In this document: positions 12,743 to 26,452 of the stretch, one piece after another | Layout of the letters: the number at the start of each line of letters is the position of its first letter | Position numbering within the stretch: position 1 is the first letter of the stretch | Assembly (NCBI GenBank): GCA_021432655.1 | Contig: MU271184.1 | Location: 1 to 64,000 of the forward strand | DNA length: 64,000 nucleotides | From: Atractiella rhizophila | Taxonomy: Eukaryota | Direction: 5' to 3' | Translations under genes and position numbers: made by a program | The notes under the pieces: generated by a model | What the model saw: only the letters and a program-made list of their open reading frames with translations | The model's database searches: none | What the model was told of the DNA's origin: nothing

Positions 12743-14124
12743 ATGTCAAGAGCAGGGACTCCAGCCACTCCCACAACTGCTTCAGTTCTCACTCGCTTCG
12801 GGATCGTTCCAACCCCGTCGAATCGACAATCTCACTTTGCCATGAACGGCAATGCAACCACAACAGCACGCCAGCCAATTGTATTGCCTGTTGATTTAGA
12901 TGCTATTGCGACGGAGTATCGACTGGATAACTTGGCAAAGACAAGATTGTTGGCTATGTTTCATGGAACGGTGAGTTGCTACACATACTTTGTTTCGTGG
13001 CTGTGACAATGCAAGGCAAGCTTCCAATAGAAGAAGATACTGAGGATGATGTGGATACACATCGAGCACAAAAAAGATTTCGCACCACATACGAAGGTCA
13101 TCTCGCCGCCCAAAGCTTGGCCACCTTGACTTCAACTCAAAATCACGAGCAGTTGTTACGAAGCGTCATTCTGCAATCTGTGGTGATAGATGCTGAGGCC
13201 AAGGTCTGTATCAGCTCTATTCTACGTTTTTGTGACCTTGAAAGCATCAATCTTCTCCACAGAAAACCATTAAGCGTACAGTTGCACTGGGGTGGTTCTG
13301 CCCACTCATTGCGGTCTATTCGTCGAACAGAGACCTGTTCCAAATTATAATGGCAAGTTCGATTATCTTTCAATGTTGGATTGTTGTAACCAAATTGTAG
13401 AACTACTTTCGCAGAAATCCAACTCAGTTAGGGAAAGCTGCTGGTGCCCTTGTTGCTCTCAACACTTCTGTTTTTGAGGAGTTCAAGGGAGTCGTGTGTG
13501 ATCATTTCAATACTTTAAGAGGTTCAACCAAAGCAAAGGTATGTTTTCCTTCTGCATATATCACAGCACTAATATGATCGAGAAGCTTTACACATCGATT
13601 CAAGAGAAATTGTCACTGAAGGCGCTAGCCTTTAACCTAGGAGATAAGTATGATATTCCAGCATCGTATGAACATTTGCAAATCTTGCCTTGTTGGTTCG
13701 TCCCTCTTCTGTCCATTTCGCTCAGGCAGTTCTCTAATTATGGAAGGCAGCGACATGCAGCAGTGTCCGACGAAAAGCCTATCGGAGAACCTGATAAGTG
13801 GACAAAGGGATGGTTCAAGGCTTTTGATGCCCACAAGAAGGAGTTGGCTCGATTGAGAGCTGGGGAGGAAGCAGGGGCCGTCAATACGTCAGTTTGATTC
13901 TTTGATTCCTCATACCAATCTGACTACTCAACAGCTATCTTGCGGATATACTTGCGAATGATCTTACAACCTATGCATCAGAGGACGACCCGGTCACCCC
14001 TGAAATGATCCAGTCACTTCCTGCTCGCGCTCAGGATTCAACAAACTCTGACATCTTTGCCTATGTACAAGATGTCTCATGTCCCCTTGCTGGGAGAACA
14101 ACGGGAATGGGAGCACAAATCTAG
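12743..14124 (+). CDS. Hypothetical multi-exon protein, probably an accessory ORF of the adjacent CACTA-like element
   Basis: ATG at 12743 (MSRAGTPATP...), a chain of exons with short GT-AG introns and a stop near 14124. It lies just upstream of the transposase in the same orientation. Confidence 0.45.
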
Positions 14125-15247
14125 GTAGCATTGGATAGACTGTGACAGTGTCACAGCCTCATCTTTGCAACGATGATACTGCTAGTGCTGCTCGCACATT
14201 TTGCCTTAAGTAATCCATATAGTAGCTATGCAAATTAATATTATAATGTTTATACTATTTCAATCACTGCCATTTCCTCAGTCCCACTCTATATACAGTT
14301 ACTTGCTTGGTCTGTTGATCAATCTTGTCATCCAATTCTCCTCTTCGCACGCCCGTTATTGCGTTTTGCTTTATTCTTGTGCATTGTTATTGCTGTTTTG
14401 CTTGAACTGTGCATGATGTGTATGGTGGCTCGTACGGTCTTCTCACTTCTCCATTGCGTTTCTTCAGTTTTCAAATTTGACAGTCAATAGACCGCTCAGT
14501 TTTGCATTGTCAAATAAAGGAGATGACAGCAGTTTGGACAACTAGTATGATGGGTGATATCAAGGTAGATACGTTTTGGCGCCAAGGTGTTTGTTTTGGA
14601 TCGGTTCAGCAGGAACGTAAGCATCCTCAACCTCCATCTCTTCTAACTTGTACATCTGATCTATGCCACTTACTTAGGGCAAATATAGCCAAAACGATAC
14701 AGCTGCTAACGGATGATGAAGTTGCCCTGCATGATGAGGACGACCGACTAACCAAATTGATGTTTTTCAACTTCTCGTCCGCTACCATATCCAACGTTCT
14801 AGTCCAGCGACCTGAACGGCTCTTTCCGATGTCTTATGGTTGTTTGTTTACCAAAAGGCATCAAAAGCATGTAATCCTCATGCTCATGGTTTGTTTAGCC
14901 CTTTTCCCTTGCCCTGCTGCATGACTGCTCATTCATTTAACCGAAGATATAGAATGGGTTTGGATATGATTTTCTATCCGATTAGAAGCATGTCGAAGGA
15001 GAGTATAGAAGTGGTTGTGTCATACATGCAACCTCGCAGGCTATTGGATAGCACGGGTGAGTACCAGTTCGGCTTTCCTTCTATGATGTTTAATGTTTGA
15101 CCTCTGCCCTAGTGCATGTATAAAATGATATACGCTCGAATGCAATTACTATCCCGCAATCGTCTCCCCAGTCTCCTCCGGATTTCTCAGTTTACACATC
15201 CTTTAAGTCCTCCTTGAAGAGCAGCAGCTGGCTTTATACCGGTTAAA

Positions 15248-18200
15248 ATGCCACCGAAGAAGCAAAAGCATGGTGAGTTTGGTCTGCCTCACGGTAAGTC
15301 TCCTGCTTCAGACACACCAATACTCATGCTGAATCAGGTATAACTGGTAATGGCATCTCTTACAACTGTGATCTGTGTGGCGGAGAAGCATTTAAACGAG
15401 TTGACATGCACCTCAAAAATGTTCGCCATCAAAATGCCCTCAAGCTGGCCCAGCCTATCGCTTCAAGCTCCACATCCCTCTCATCATTACCAATCCCTTC
15501 AACCTTACTTCCGGCCCTCACATCTTGTGCGCCGAGTCTGGACACCGAGTCTGTTGCCTTCTCCCAAACCAACAATTCGTCAACTGAGAACTGGAGAGGA
15601 TTCGATGCACGCGATGTTGCAATTGCTGAACTCCCACATCGCGCAGACTCGTATTTCTGGCAAGCTATGGCTTAAAGTGGTTCTACGGTGGATATAGATA
15701 TTGATAATGCATTGGAAAGCATAGTTGCTGCAATGGCTCGTGATGTGGGAGAAGATTGGACACCATTCAGTAGCAAGTCGGTGCGTTGATGTCTCCAGCA
15801 TGAAATATTCGATTGATGTTTACTAGTTGTTCTTGACACATCTGATCACTACAATACCACGACATCCCGTCAGTGACGAAATGATCAAGATCATTCTGGC
15901 ATATGCCAAAGCCATGAATGCCTCGAATGTTCCAACGTTCAACGCGGTTCAGCAAGAACGGAAGAAAATTATCGAGGCTCTTGGTGGTCTCCAACAAAGC
16001 AGGCACGACGGATGCAATGGCAACATCTTTTATACCAATAGTATTGCCAACTTTCTGAAGAGAGTGAGTTAATGTTATGTCTCGTCTGGTCATAATCTAA
16101 TTATTGAAAAGGAATTTGGCAACCCTCTGTGTCGGAAAGAGATGAATCTCTATCCTCGACGAAATGGAGGTTTGAATGAAATCTGTGACGGAGAGTTCCT
16201 TAATCAACACGTGCCGGAAACTCACTGCCCTCAAATGGTTATGATCAGGAACGATACAGGAGCTGTACGCCATGCTTACATTCACGAACCCGTCCAGTTG
16301 GAAGATGGCCAATTTGTGTGGCCTTGTCGCTGGTTTGAAGATGACGGACAACAATTTGGCAAAGCTTCGGTTTTTGTGAAAGCAGCTGACGGATATTGGG
16401 TTTTGAAATCTGAATCTAGGACAACATTTCCATGCAACAGTGTGAAATTGCTTTGGCACGAGCTCAACTCACGAACTCAGCTGACATTCAAGGAGTGTGG
16501 TAAGTTGACACTAACATTCTGCCCTGTCTAATCTCTTCCTAGATTTACCCCATCCTATTCCGAACCCGCTTCGTCATAAAGCTGCTGGATTGCCGTTTTT
16601 GATGTTCCAATCCAAATTTTTTGTGACGATGCCTCAGGCACTCGATCGAAAAAATGGAACAAACATTACAACCTATACGCGAGTAATGCCACACTGAAAA
16701 GAAAGGTCCAAGAGCTCGAGGGATACATCCGGTTTCTTGCTACATCAAGCAAGGCTGACCCGCTCGAGATGGCAGTTGCCATTGTAGAGCAGTTTGAGTA
16801 CGTCTTTCCTTTCATAATGCACATTTCTTCTTACTCCTCAAGTAGCCAAATGTTTGCTGAACCTTTGAAAGTCTACGATTGTCTTCTGCATCAACACGTT
16901 TTAATTCGACCATGGAATATCCTCGTTGTGGGTGATAATCCTATGCTCGTGGAACTTGCAAGCCATATGGGAGTTATGGCCAACTTCCCTTGTCGTGTTT
17001 GTCGTTATGGCGGTACAACAAAGGAAAAGAAAACCGTATCTGGATTTGAGGCAGTATTAAAGGTTCGCTATTCATCTTTCCTATTGCCATGGTAGGATGA
17101 TCAGTCCAACAGATCGGAGAGTGTCGTTCTGCTTCCTCAATTATCTCACATCTACACAAAAGCTTCGCTGTGACAAAGGAAGCAGTGCAAAAGCGACTTG
17201 ATGACCTTCAAACGAGCAGCGGAACACGCGACAATATCGCAAAAAATCTCATCAGCACCCTTTTCTCTCGTAGCAAAAGTCTTAAAGCGGCAAATACTCC
17301 CCTTCCCCAATGTCAAGAACTCCTCGATAAGGATATCGACAAGATTCTCTCAAAAACATATTGCAATCCATTTTTACTGTACAAGTTCAAAGGTAGGAGA
17401 GTTAAACAAAGAACCAGTACTGACTGGAACCACAGGTTTTGACATCACGCAGCAGACACCAGTTGAAGTACTTCATACGGTTCTTCTGGGAATTGTCAAG
17501 TATGTCTGGGCTTGCACAATCTTCAAGATCACACCGACCTTCAAGGAGCGACTTCGGGTTCAACTTGAGGCAGCATGTACTGCCACGCTCGACTCTGGAT
17601 CATCCATCAATGCCGAATACCTCATCCAATGTGGAGGATCACTGCTAGGAAAGGAACTGAAGATCTTGATGCAGGGCATGGCATGGGCGACGCGACCAAT
17701 GGTTGATGACAGGTTGATGTCGAAGGAGCTCTGGGAAGTATGGAGGGTATTGGGAGTCTTCTCATCCCGTTTGTGGGTTCCTGCTATCCCTGAAGTTTCC
17801 CGTGAGGAGTATTTGGTGAGCGTTCGAAACGCTTTGTTGTCCTTACTGAAAAGGCTATATAGTTGGACCTTGAGAACAGTATCCAGAACCTATTCAATCC
17901 CGCTGTCGATGTTATCCCCACCTCTCTCACGTCTAAACTAAAGTGGCACATACTCGTTCATCTTGTTCCCAACATCAAGAAGTTTGGTCCATGTTTGGGT
18001 TTCAACACAGAGAAGTATGAGAAGTTCAACGGTATCTTTCGCAATCTCGCCATCTTCAGCAACCGTTTAGCAACTAGCCGTGACGTGGGGCGTTCTTTTG
18101 AAGTCCAGGAGGTTACTCGTCATATAATATCCGAAGGTTTCTATCTTGACCCGCAGACTGGATGTTATCGTCAGCCGGGTTGTAGTCTTAGGGAATTGGT

Positions 18201-19209
18201 AAAGCAGGCACCAATGTGGAGGAAGTTATGGGCTTGAAAAGAAGAGCGGCTCCACAGTTACTCCTGGTCAGTATCCTTCGACAAAATGCTATCGTTGATT
18301 GTTCTAAGGCATCTATCATTTGCCAAGGGCAACTATCCAAATTCCTTCGATTACGAAAACCTACAGAGACTGCAGAATCCACTTGTACCTAGCAGCAGCG
18401 ATGTCCGGAACTATGATTTTCGTGAAGCGGAAACAGTGGTGTCTTTGGAGAAGGAAAGCTGTCGAGTTGGGGATTTCATTCATCTGTTGGGGTGCATCAA
18501 GCAGGTCTGTTTTCCCCATGATCTCTTGCTTGCTTGAAGGAAAAGTAGAATAATGGCGACGCCTGCATTGCACGAATTAAGCATATCGTCCGCTCTCGAC
18601 CAGCCACAAAGACCAGCCTTACTACCCCGTTCGACGAGGATTTTATAATTGTTGATACTTACCGGCGTGAACTCCTAGAGGATCCCTACTACCGATCTTC
18701 GATCTATGTGAAAGCGGGTCAAAAATATGCAATATCCATCAAGGTCTGTCATCTCATTTGAAAGGCATAGCCTAACACTGCAACAGAATATGCAGTGCAT
18801 TGTCAATCTTAATCATGACTGTCACTTCAATGGCTGTCAGGTTCAGCAAAACTCAGCACCTGTTATTCAAGAACGAGGGATTGCAAAGTATAAACAGAAG
18901 GCTACGCTGAATCACATTGATTCCGACAACCGATTTGTTCTCAACTCGCACGTTACACGCTCCTTCCATATTCTGAAGCACCTCTATCCTCAGGTCACAT
19001 CACCACCTCCCATCAGCTCTATTGCTGCCCGTGCTGTAGCAAATATCACTAAACGAGAGGCGGAATTGACGGCGAAACGGAACACGGAGGAATCGGAGAG
19101 CCGTGGGTCAAAACGTAAGGCAGCTCATGTGGCGGAAGGAGGCAGCAGAATGAGAGTGAGAGGTAGAGCTCGAAGTAGCGGTACTGCTGGAAAGAGCAGG
19201 CCGGTGGAG
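15248..19209 (+). mobile_element. Fungal CACTA(CMC)/Plavaka-like transposase gene with introns and at least one frameshift
   Basis: N-terminal C2H2-like CDLC..HLKNVRH; IFCDDASGTRSKKWNKH; VVGDNPM..ANFPCRVC; TPVEVLHTVLLGIVKY; KWHILVHL..FGP..TEKYEKFN..FSNRLATSRD; NLNHDC. Confidence 0.8.
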
Positions 19210-19262
19210 GTGAGCTCTCTTCTCTCCACCAGATCGATTGATGTTGATTGCTGCTGGGGAAG

Positions 19263-22200
19263 GGAGCAAGGGATCCTGTCGGCACAACGTCAGCTATGTC
19301 ACTGGGGCAAACACTTGTCTCAGCTGCTTCTCCTCGCCTGCTCCCCTTGCAGCTGCACCCATCCTTCTATCAGTCTCACTTGCATTTGGCGGACAATCCC
19401 CTCCCCAACTACGACACCACTTTTCTCTCATCTCAGGATGGTAACTTTGCCACTGGAGCGGACAGTGCAGGATATCACGCTGCCGACGATTGTTTGACCT
19501 GGCAGCCATCTCAGCATACCATTTCTGAATATCCTCAGTCTTCAATACCATATCTCCCTTACGCGGTCGTGAACGCTTACGGAACCAGGGACTTTTGAGA
19601 TGCGAGGGATATTCAATCCGACGAGGAAGACTTCCTTCCTACCCGCACTGACAACTTTACCAGTGGTGGAAGACTTGACAACAATGCTCAAACTCAAGTT
19701 GATACGCCAATATCAACTGAAGAGAGGGATTATTGATTGAAACTAGGAGGGTTGAAGCGCTATATCCCACAGCAAGAAGACGAGGAGGGTGAAGATGTGA
19801 GGATGGAGCCTAGACCGGAGGAGATTGATGCGGTTGAAATTGCAGAGATGTTACCTCTGAAGGTAGACAGTTCAAAAACAAAGAAAAAACGACGGAAGGT
19901 GGGAAGTTGCTGTGCAGGTGTAAAGTGACTGACGAGACCTCGAACTTTGACAGCCCAATACTTGCGAAGATTCAGTCGCAAAATCAACACTTACGATCAA
20001 CGTACCCGATCCGCCATCGAGGGGAGACAGTGTATGCACTTTTCAAGCTGAGCCATTTGATACTGATCCGATGATAGACTCCATCAATTACCTACAAGCA
20101 GCCCTGCCGGGCCGTAGTGCACTACTTCTATCATCCCGTCGAGTGGAATGACGTTCCTGGTTATCTCAAAGCAAAGCACCAGGAAGGCGACAAATATTTC
20201 GGTTGCAACCACTGCTGTATGGTGCTACGGTCCACAAGTTCTAGTAACGGAAACACAAAGGTGCTTTCCCACCACCTTATGGATAAGCACGGAACGACGG
20301 TGGCCCCATTCTTTATGCTCCTGAAAGAGAAGCAGGGAACAAAGATGGGGATTACCGAAGAAGAACTTCGGAAAGCAGCAGGAATCATACCAGTGTGCAT
20401 TTAGCTTATCTAACTGCCTAGAGTACTGATACTGACAAATAATAGATTGGACAAAAGGACGTGGAGAGCTCAAAGAAGAAGGTTGAAGCCATTGATGAAA
20501 TTTTGCGCCGGGTGATAGAGAAGTACGGGTCCCAAGTATGCTTTTCACTGGAGAAGCAATACCTTGCACTAAATTTCAGCCTTTATAAGGCATTTAGCCC
20601 CACCATCTTCGCTGACCTTCTCAATCGTCTTGTCGTAGAAGAAGACCTTCCTTTCACAATTGCCCACAATTCAGGAACTCCTCATTTACCTGCAATGGAC
20701 TCTACCTTCTGCGAATCAAATTGAGCTCTCAGATCTTGAAAAGGGTGGACTACACTTTGTGGAAGAACCTGGTAAAGCTCCTGCAAAGAAAAAGTTAGAT
20801 ATACCAAGTCGTCAGGTCCTGAAAGAGCGAATCCACAAGTTTGCGGACAGAAGTGTTGAAAAGCTTGCACAAATGTTGAAGGTCAGTTGCTCTTCCGTCC
20901 ATTGATCACCATGTTCTCTGTTGATTATGTGTAAAGGAGTCTGGATCTAAAGTCCATCTCTCGCTTGACAATTGGACATCCGAAAATCACTACGCATTCC
21001 TCTGTGTCATCGGTCAATACATCAATAAGGATTGGGAGCTGATAGAGGTTGTATTGGGTTTTGAGGAACTCATAGGGGCACATTCAGGGGAGAATATGGC
21101 CGATGTGGTCATGAAGGTGATTGATAAATTTGGACTTGCTAATTTGGTAAGCTTTCGCTCATTTTAAATAGCATAATCTAATGCATCTTCTGAGCTGTAT
21201 AGGTTGGTTGCTTTACTACAGATGGTGCTTCAAACAACAAGACGACAATCAGTGGAATCGAGCAATGGCTGAAGAGGCGTGGTCTTGATTTTGATGCAGT
21301 TGAAAGGCATATTCTTTGCATGCCCCACATCATCCATCTTGCTGTTATTGCTCTCCTTGACTTCCTGAATGTCTGGCCGAAGTCTCCTGCCACGAAGACC
21401 AAGAACTCCGAGACAGATTTACCAACGTCAACTGCCTTCACAAGAGACGTAAACTACCAAGAGTGCGTGACTGAAATCCAACCCTTGGGAGGGATAATGC
21501 TGCCAAACTTGGCGAGGAGGAACTGAATGAAATAGAGGTGGATTTAAACAAGGTCAGGGGAGCAATACCAAAGGTGTGCTACTTTCCAGTTTTTGTGTTA
21601 GCTGATTGTTTGTGGTTGATAGCTGCGAGCAATCATCAAACATGTCCGCAGGTCTCCTCAGCGTCAAAAGAGTTGGCTTGACCTCTTGGAGGATACTTTG
21701 AAGAACCTGAACAGTCGCTCCGACGAGTCACTTCGCATGCTCATCCTTGACGTCCGGACAAGGTGGGGATCAACCCACGATATGCTTGATCTTGGCCTTC
21801 GATACAAGGACGTTATTGAAACATATTCAAACCGCCATGAGCTTCCATCCATGTTGCACCTCAGTGAGAAGGAGTGGAATTCGGTTGAACAGGTATGTAG
21901 GCATTTACACTTTGCGCTTATGCGGTGTACAGTGTACTGCAGTATACTGACTGCGTTTAGGTGTGCAAATGGCTTGCAATTTTCCGACAGGCGACGTACG
22001 ACATGTCAATGAACAAGGCTTCCTGCCTCTCCCAAACACTTGGGGTGTACCACTCTCTCCTCGGATTCCTCAAGGAAGAAATATCTAGGCTCACAAATAC
22101 AGTAGTAGACAAGGAGTATCGCCAAGCTCTCCTTGACTGCTATTACAAGTTAAGTGATTACCATTATCGATCTGATCTCTCGCCGTATTACATCTATGCG

Positions 22201-23117
22201 ATTAGTGCGTCATTTCTTGACCTTCTTTCCATAGCCAATTAAGACATGGAGCAGTCTGTGATCCTCGTCTTGGTGTCTCTTTCTTGGACTCCTCCGTGTT
22301 TGACTCCGAAAGTGATGAGATTGAGCAGCACAAACAGAACTTCATTAACCTCTTTCGGTATCAGTACTACAAAGCTCCCAGCACCTCTTCACAACCCATT
22401 CCTTCTCAACTGCAGCCGCTACCAAAGTCAATGAAAGGAAGGGTAAACCTGACCGCTAATTTCCTTGCTACGATTCGGCAAGGCCCAGGAGCAGGAGCTG
22501 AAGATGCTGTGATGAAGGAGATCAATTATTTGTTTAGGTTCGAAGCTTTAGCGTGGGACTCTGATCCGTTAGCCTTTTGGAAGTAAGAGTCAACACACAA
22601 CCTTGAAAACCTTGCACATTTGGCTCGAGATATCTTGGCTATTCCAGGTAAGTATCTCTGTATTGAGTTAGTCTCTCTTTATACACCAGCTGATATAAAT
22701 GTTGATAGGGTGTGCTGTGGCAGTTGAGCGGATCTTTTCTGGAGCTCGCGATACGATTGGTTTACGACGTTGTTGCTTGGATCCAAAAAGTATACGTGAC
22801 CTCATTATGCTCAAGACCACACTGCGAGTGCAGCGAAAGTCTCACCTCATGGAATTGCAAAAGGAGGTAAAGGCAATGGAGAATGATATTGCAAGAGGTT
22901 AGACGTCACGGTCAGATGAGCTGACTTTATTTTACACATTATACACTCATGGAATTGAGCACGTAACACGGATTCCGTCGTCCCATGCCGTCTTTAGCCG
23001 GCCTCCGTCAGTCTCTGAGGCTGAAAAACTGATGACGGTACGGTACGAGCTGAGACAAGGGCACGTCCCGTCCGGAAGTGCTCCGAAAACGACGATACGA
23101 TACGATACCCATCCCTA
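19263..23117 (+). mobile_element. hAT transposase (BED finger, catalytic and dimerisation domains) with right terminus; decayed
   Basis: BED finger HYFY..GCNHC..HHLMDKH; LSLDNWTS; TTDGASNN; CMPHIIHLAV; DVRTRWGSTHDML; AVAVERIFSG; stop at 22902. The right end is (CGATA)n then CCCATCCCTA ending at 23117 (TIR TAGGGATGGG). Confidence 0.9.
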
Positions 23118-23241
23118 CCAATAAAGCCAGTGCCCATCATCCTGTTGGAGATAAGCGACAAACAGTAACAATTATGGTCACATGAGTGCCCCGCAATGTA
23201 AAATACACATATACCCCCCTCACAAGGATTTTTTCCCTTCA

Positions 23242-23372
23242 CGCTTCCCAGTGTGATAGGAAGAATCCTAGGTGAGTTTCTTCTACAATGTGCGCTTCCC
23301 AGTGTGATAGGAAGAATCCTAGGTGAGTTTCTTCTACAATGTACGCTTCCCAGTGTGATAGGAAGAATCCTA
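23242..23372. repeat. 51-bp tandem repeat (minisatellite), about 2.6 copies
   Basis: CGCTTCCCAGTGTGATAGGAAGAATCCTAGGTGAGTTTCTTCTACAATGT(G/A) starting at 23242, 23293 and 23344. Confidence 0.95.
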
Positions 23373-24239
23373 ATCTCAACACATCCAATTAGGGTAAGTA
23401 ATTGAGATTTCAGGTTAGTGCAGGGATGGTGTAGGAAGCATCGATAATTTATTCATGAGGTCTTTTCTGATGGCAAAATACTTTTAGCCTGTGTTGCTGG
23501 CGTGTTAAGAAAGATACCCACCTGCTCAGCAGTACCCCACAATTTCTGACAACTGTCCTTCCCACATCCTGTGTTGTCTTCTTATCCTGGTAATGGCCCA
23601 ATGTCAGAAGTTAAGGGGCAATAATAGTTCATAGGACATACAAATGTGGAGTGTGGAGGCTTACAGTTGACGAGCGACCAGGTTGTTGGCTTCCACACCA
23701 TGGATGACCTATCACGAAGAGAGAGGGTGGGAAAGGAAGGGACAAACCTCAATATCCTCGCTCTGCCTCACAAGCTTATTGACAACACTGGCTGGCCGAC
23801 CTGATGAATACAATCAGTTAAAGGATACACAGGTGTACTTCAATCTTCATGAGCCTAGGACAGCCAAGCACCAGCCTGGAAAGCATATGGCAGCCCGGAG
23901 GACGTGGATTATGAACTGTCCAACGAACCGATTGACCAGGCTACAGATCCAATTTCGTCAGAAAAACAGTCCAAAAGGTAAGATATAACCAAAACAAAGA
24001 AAGGAATGACGAAATTGAAAGGATAAAACCCAGACTTTGGTGTGGTGTGCATCGTCGTCGTAACAACCAGTATCCTCTCCGCATGTAGCCTTGATTTTTG
24101 TTGGCCATGGGGACCTGCTTGGTTTGCCAGCATCTGAGATGGCTGGATGAGAGTCAAAGCTCCCTAACATAACCGGGTTGCCATGATGCATGGTAATGAC
24201 TGCGAACAGGACGGTTAGAATGTGCTGTGTTTTAATAAA

Positions 24240-25720
24240 ATAAAGAGAAAGAAAGAAAGAGAGACCAAATGTGTAGAAGTACAAGATTAAAGTATGGTCG
24301 ATTTCCAAGAATAAGTGGAGGGAAGAAAGGATTCAGAGAGGCTGATCTTCATATCTTAGGTAGTTTAAAGATTTAGCCCACCTCTGTTACAGCAGTGTGT
24401 CGTTGAGCTTCCTTGTGGTTCTTCCTCTTGTAACGGAGAATCCTTTCAGTTGCTCGCATGTGGTGGGTGAACCTTCTAGTGGATCTGATGAATTTACAGA
24501 GAGGGGGGAACACATCGGGATTAGAGAGAACAGATGCATTGCTTGTGAGACAGATTCTGACTTTTGCTAACTTCTTAAGCATTTTACAGTGAAGCATGTG
24601 CCGCTGCATGGTAGCAGATAGTGTTTTACCGTTTTACAAGAGTGACAGAACTCACAGAAGGGAGACTCCTGCACCTTGCAGATAGTTCCCCAGTCCTACA
24701 TGACCAGACCTGAGTTGAACCAGGATTGAAGCCACCGGTTTTGGGAGTTCTGCAAGCATAGCATATGTCTTGGCTGAAGGTAGCTCTCCTTTTGCTTTGG
24801 GATGATGTTTCCCCAAATTGTCAGATGGTTCATTTTAAGGAGGGGAGTAACTATGGATGGTTTGTGCAAAAGAGGATGGACTAAACAGGAATGAGGAGGG
24901 TAGGGCAGCATCCTTTCTTTTTGTCATTTTGCGTGCCAGAGAATCTGCTGCTTTGTTGCCCTTGATCTCTTGATGCTCTAGGACCCATTGGAGATGGATT
25001 TGTACATGTGGGAGGAGATCAGTCATGAGACTGAGCTTTGAGTATAAGTCTAGTACAATGTGTTGTCTGGGTCTGTGGCTAGGCTGCTTCTCCAGAGTCT
25101 TGATGATGCTCTGGCTATCAGAGAATATCACCACGTTTGATGGAACTTCTTCCAGATGTGCCAGATGGTGCCAGCACTAGCATTACTCCTGTCAGCTCTG
25201 CTTCAAAGATTGAGTTCCAGCTGGGGTCCCCAATTCTGACTACTGCAAACCCCTCTGATGACAGGTTAATTGCAGCTGCCCATACCCCATCCTCAGTGCT
25301 AGATCAATCTGTGAAGATGTGAAGGTCTGTTTTGTTATTGGAGATTGCATTGTAAGTGTCCAGTGCTGACTCTTTGGATTTGGGTATGTTGGAGATAAAA
25401 GAGGTCAAGAAATTGGGAGGAAGAGGGAGAGACTGGAGGATTTCCAGGTCTGAGAGGAAGGAAAGAGTAGCATGGTGAAAAACTTTATGTAAAGGGGAAG
25501 GGAATTTGGTAACAAAGGCCAGCCTGTGTGTGGAGGTAGCATGCCTACCGGATTAGAGTCTGGAAGGGTGAGGAGGCACATTGTGCCTCAAAAGATAATC
25601 TTGTCCAGGCAGACAACTGGGTCCAGAGGATTAGTGTCAAAGGCAAGGGCAGGGATGTGGGTTGATTTGAAGCCACCCAGCATGAGTTGTTGAGCTAAGT
25701 GGTGAAGAACCCCCGATCTG
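24240..25720 (-). mobile_element. Degenerate non-LTR retrotransposon (LINE) 3' part with RNase H
   Basis: RNase H motifs IFTD, VIFSDSQS and LQWVLEHQEIKGNKAADSLA; a downstream C..C..H..C remnant; many stops. Confidence 0.8.
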
Positions 25721-26452
25721 CAGACAATGGCCGGTCACCAGCCTGCATAAAGTTTGCAATGTCAGTTTCTGTAAGCTGACCCCTTTTTTTCCATCTTCCA
25801 CTTTGCAGACTCAGCAGAACTTTAAGCTGGCTCTGACCGAGGAAGGAACTAGTTCTTCTCCAGTATGTTAAACCTTGGCGTTGACACTAACTTGTCAAGG
25901 TGATCAATAAGAATGACTGGGAAATGGCTACAAAACTGCAAAGTGAAGTCTAATGAACTGGAACAAGAGACAGAGCAACTATTCAAACAGGGAGGAACAT
26001 GAATGTAGATAAATGAACGACTGGAAGGAGAGGGAAGGAGAAGGAGTGAACACAGACAGGACCAGAAGCACGGCGCTGAAAGTGAGATATCCTCGAGGGC
26101 ATTGCTGCCACAGATTACCAAGAAAAAGGGACATTACTAGAATAAGGACAGACAGAATGAATCAAAGTTCTAAATGCCGGGATGGAGAAAGGTATCGATG
26201 AGCGAGAAGGGAAAGGAAATAGAAAGTTGTCCCCAAGACCATGAAAGAGACTATGGGGTGAGCCTTGAGAAAGCGTTCAGTCGAAGACCCAATTACCGAA
26301 ACTGGCTTAAGGGAGACGGTGCTGGGATTCTGCACTGAAAATGAGCCCCGGAACCCCTCCTGCTCGGTACCTGGTGTGGAAGGAACGGAGTGGTCCTAGT
26401 CCAGCAGAAGCGACACAGAAAGAGAAGAATTTTCCGAGTCGGATTTCGTCGT

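Noticed and set aside
23242..23372. CRISPR-like array
   Set aside because: The units are contiguous and identical with no unique spacers, there are no cas genes, and the context is eukaryotic.
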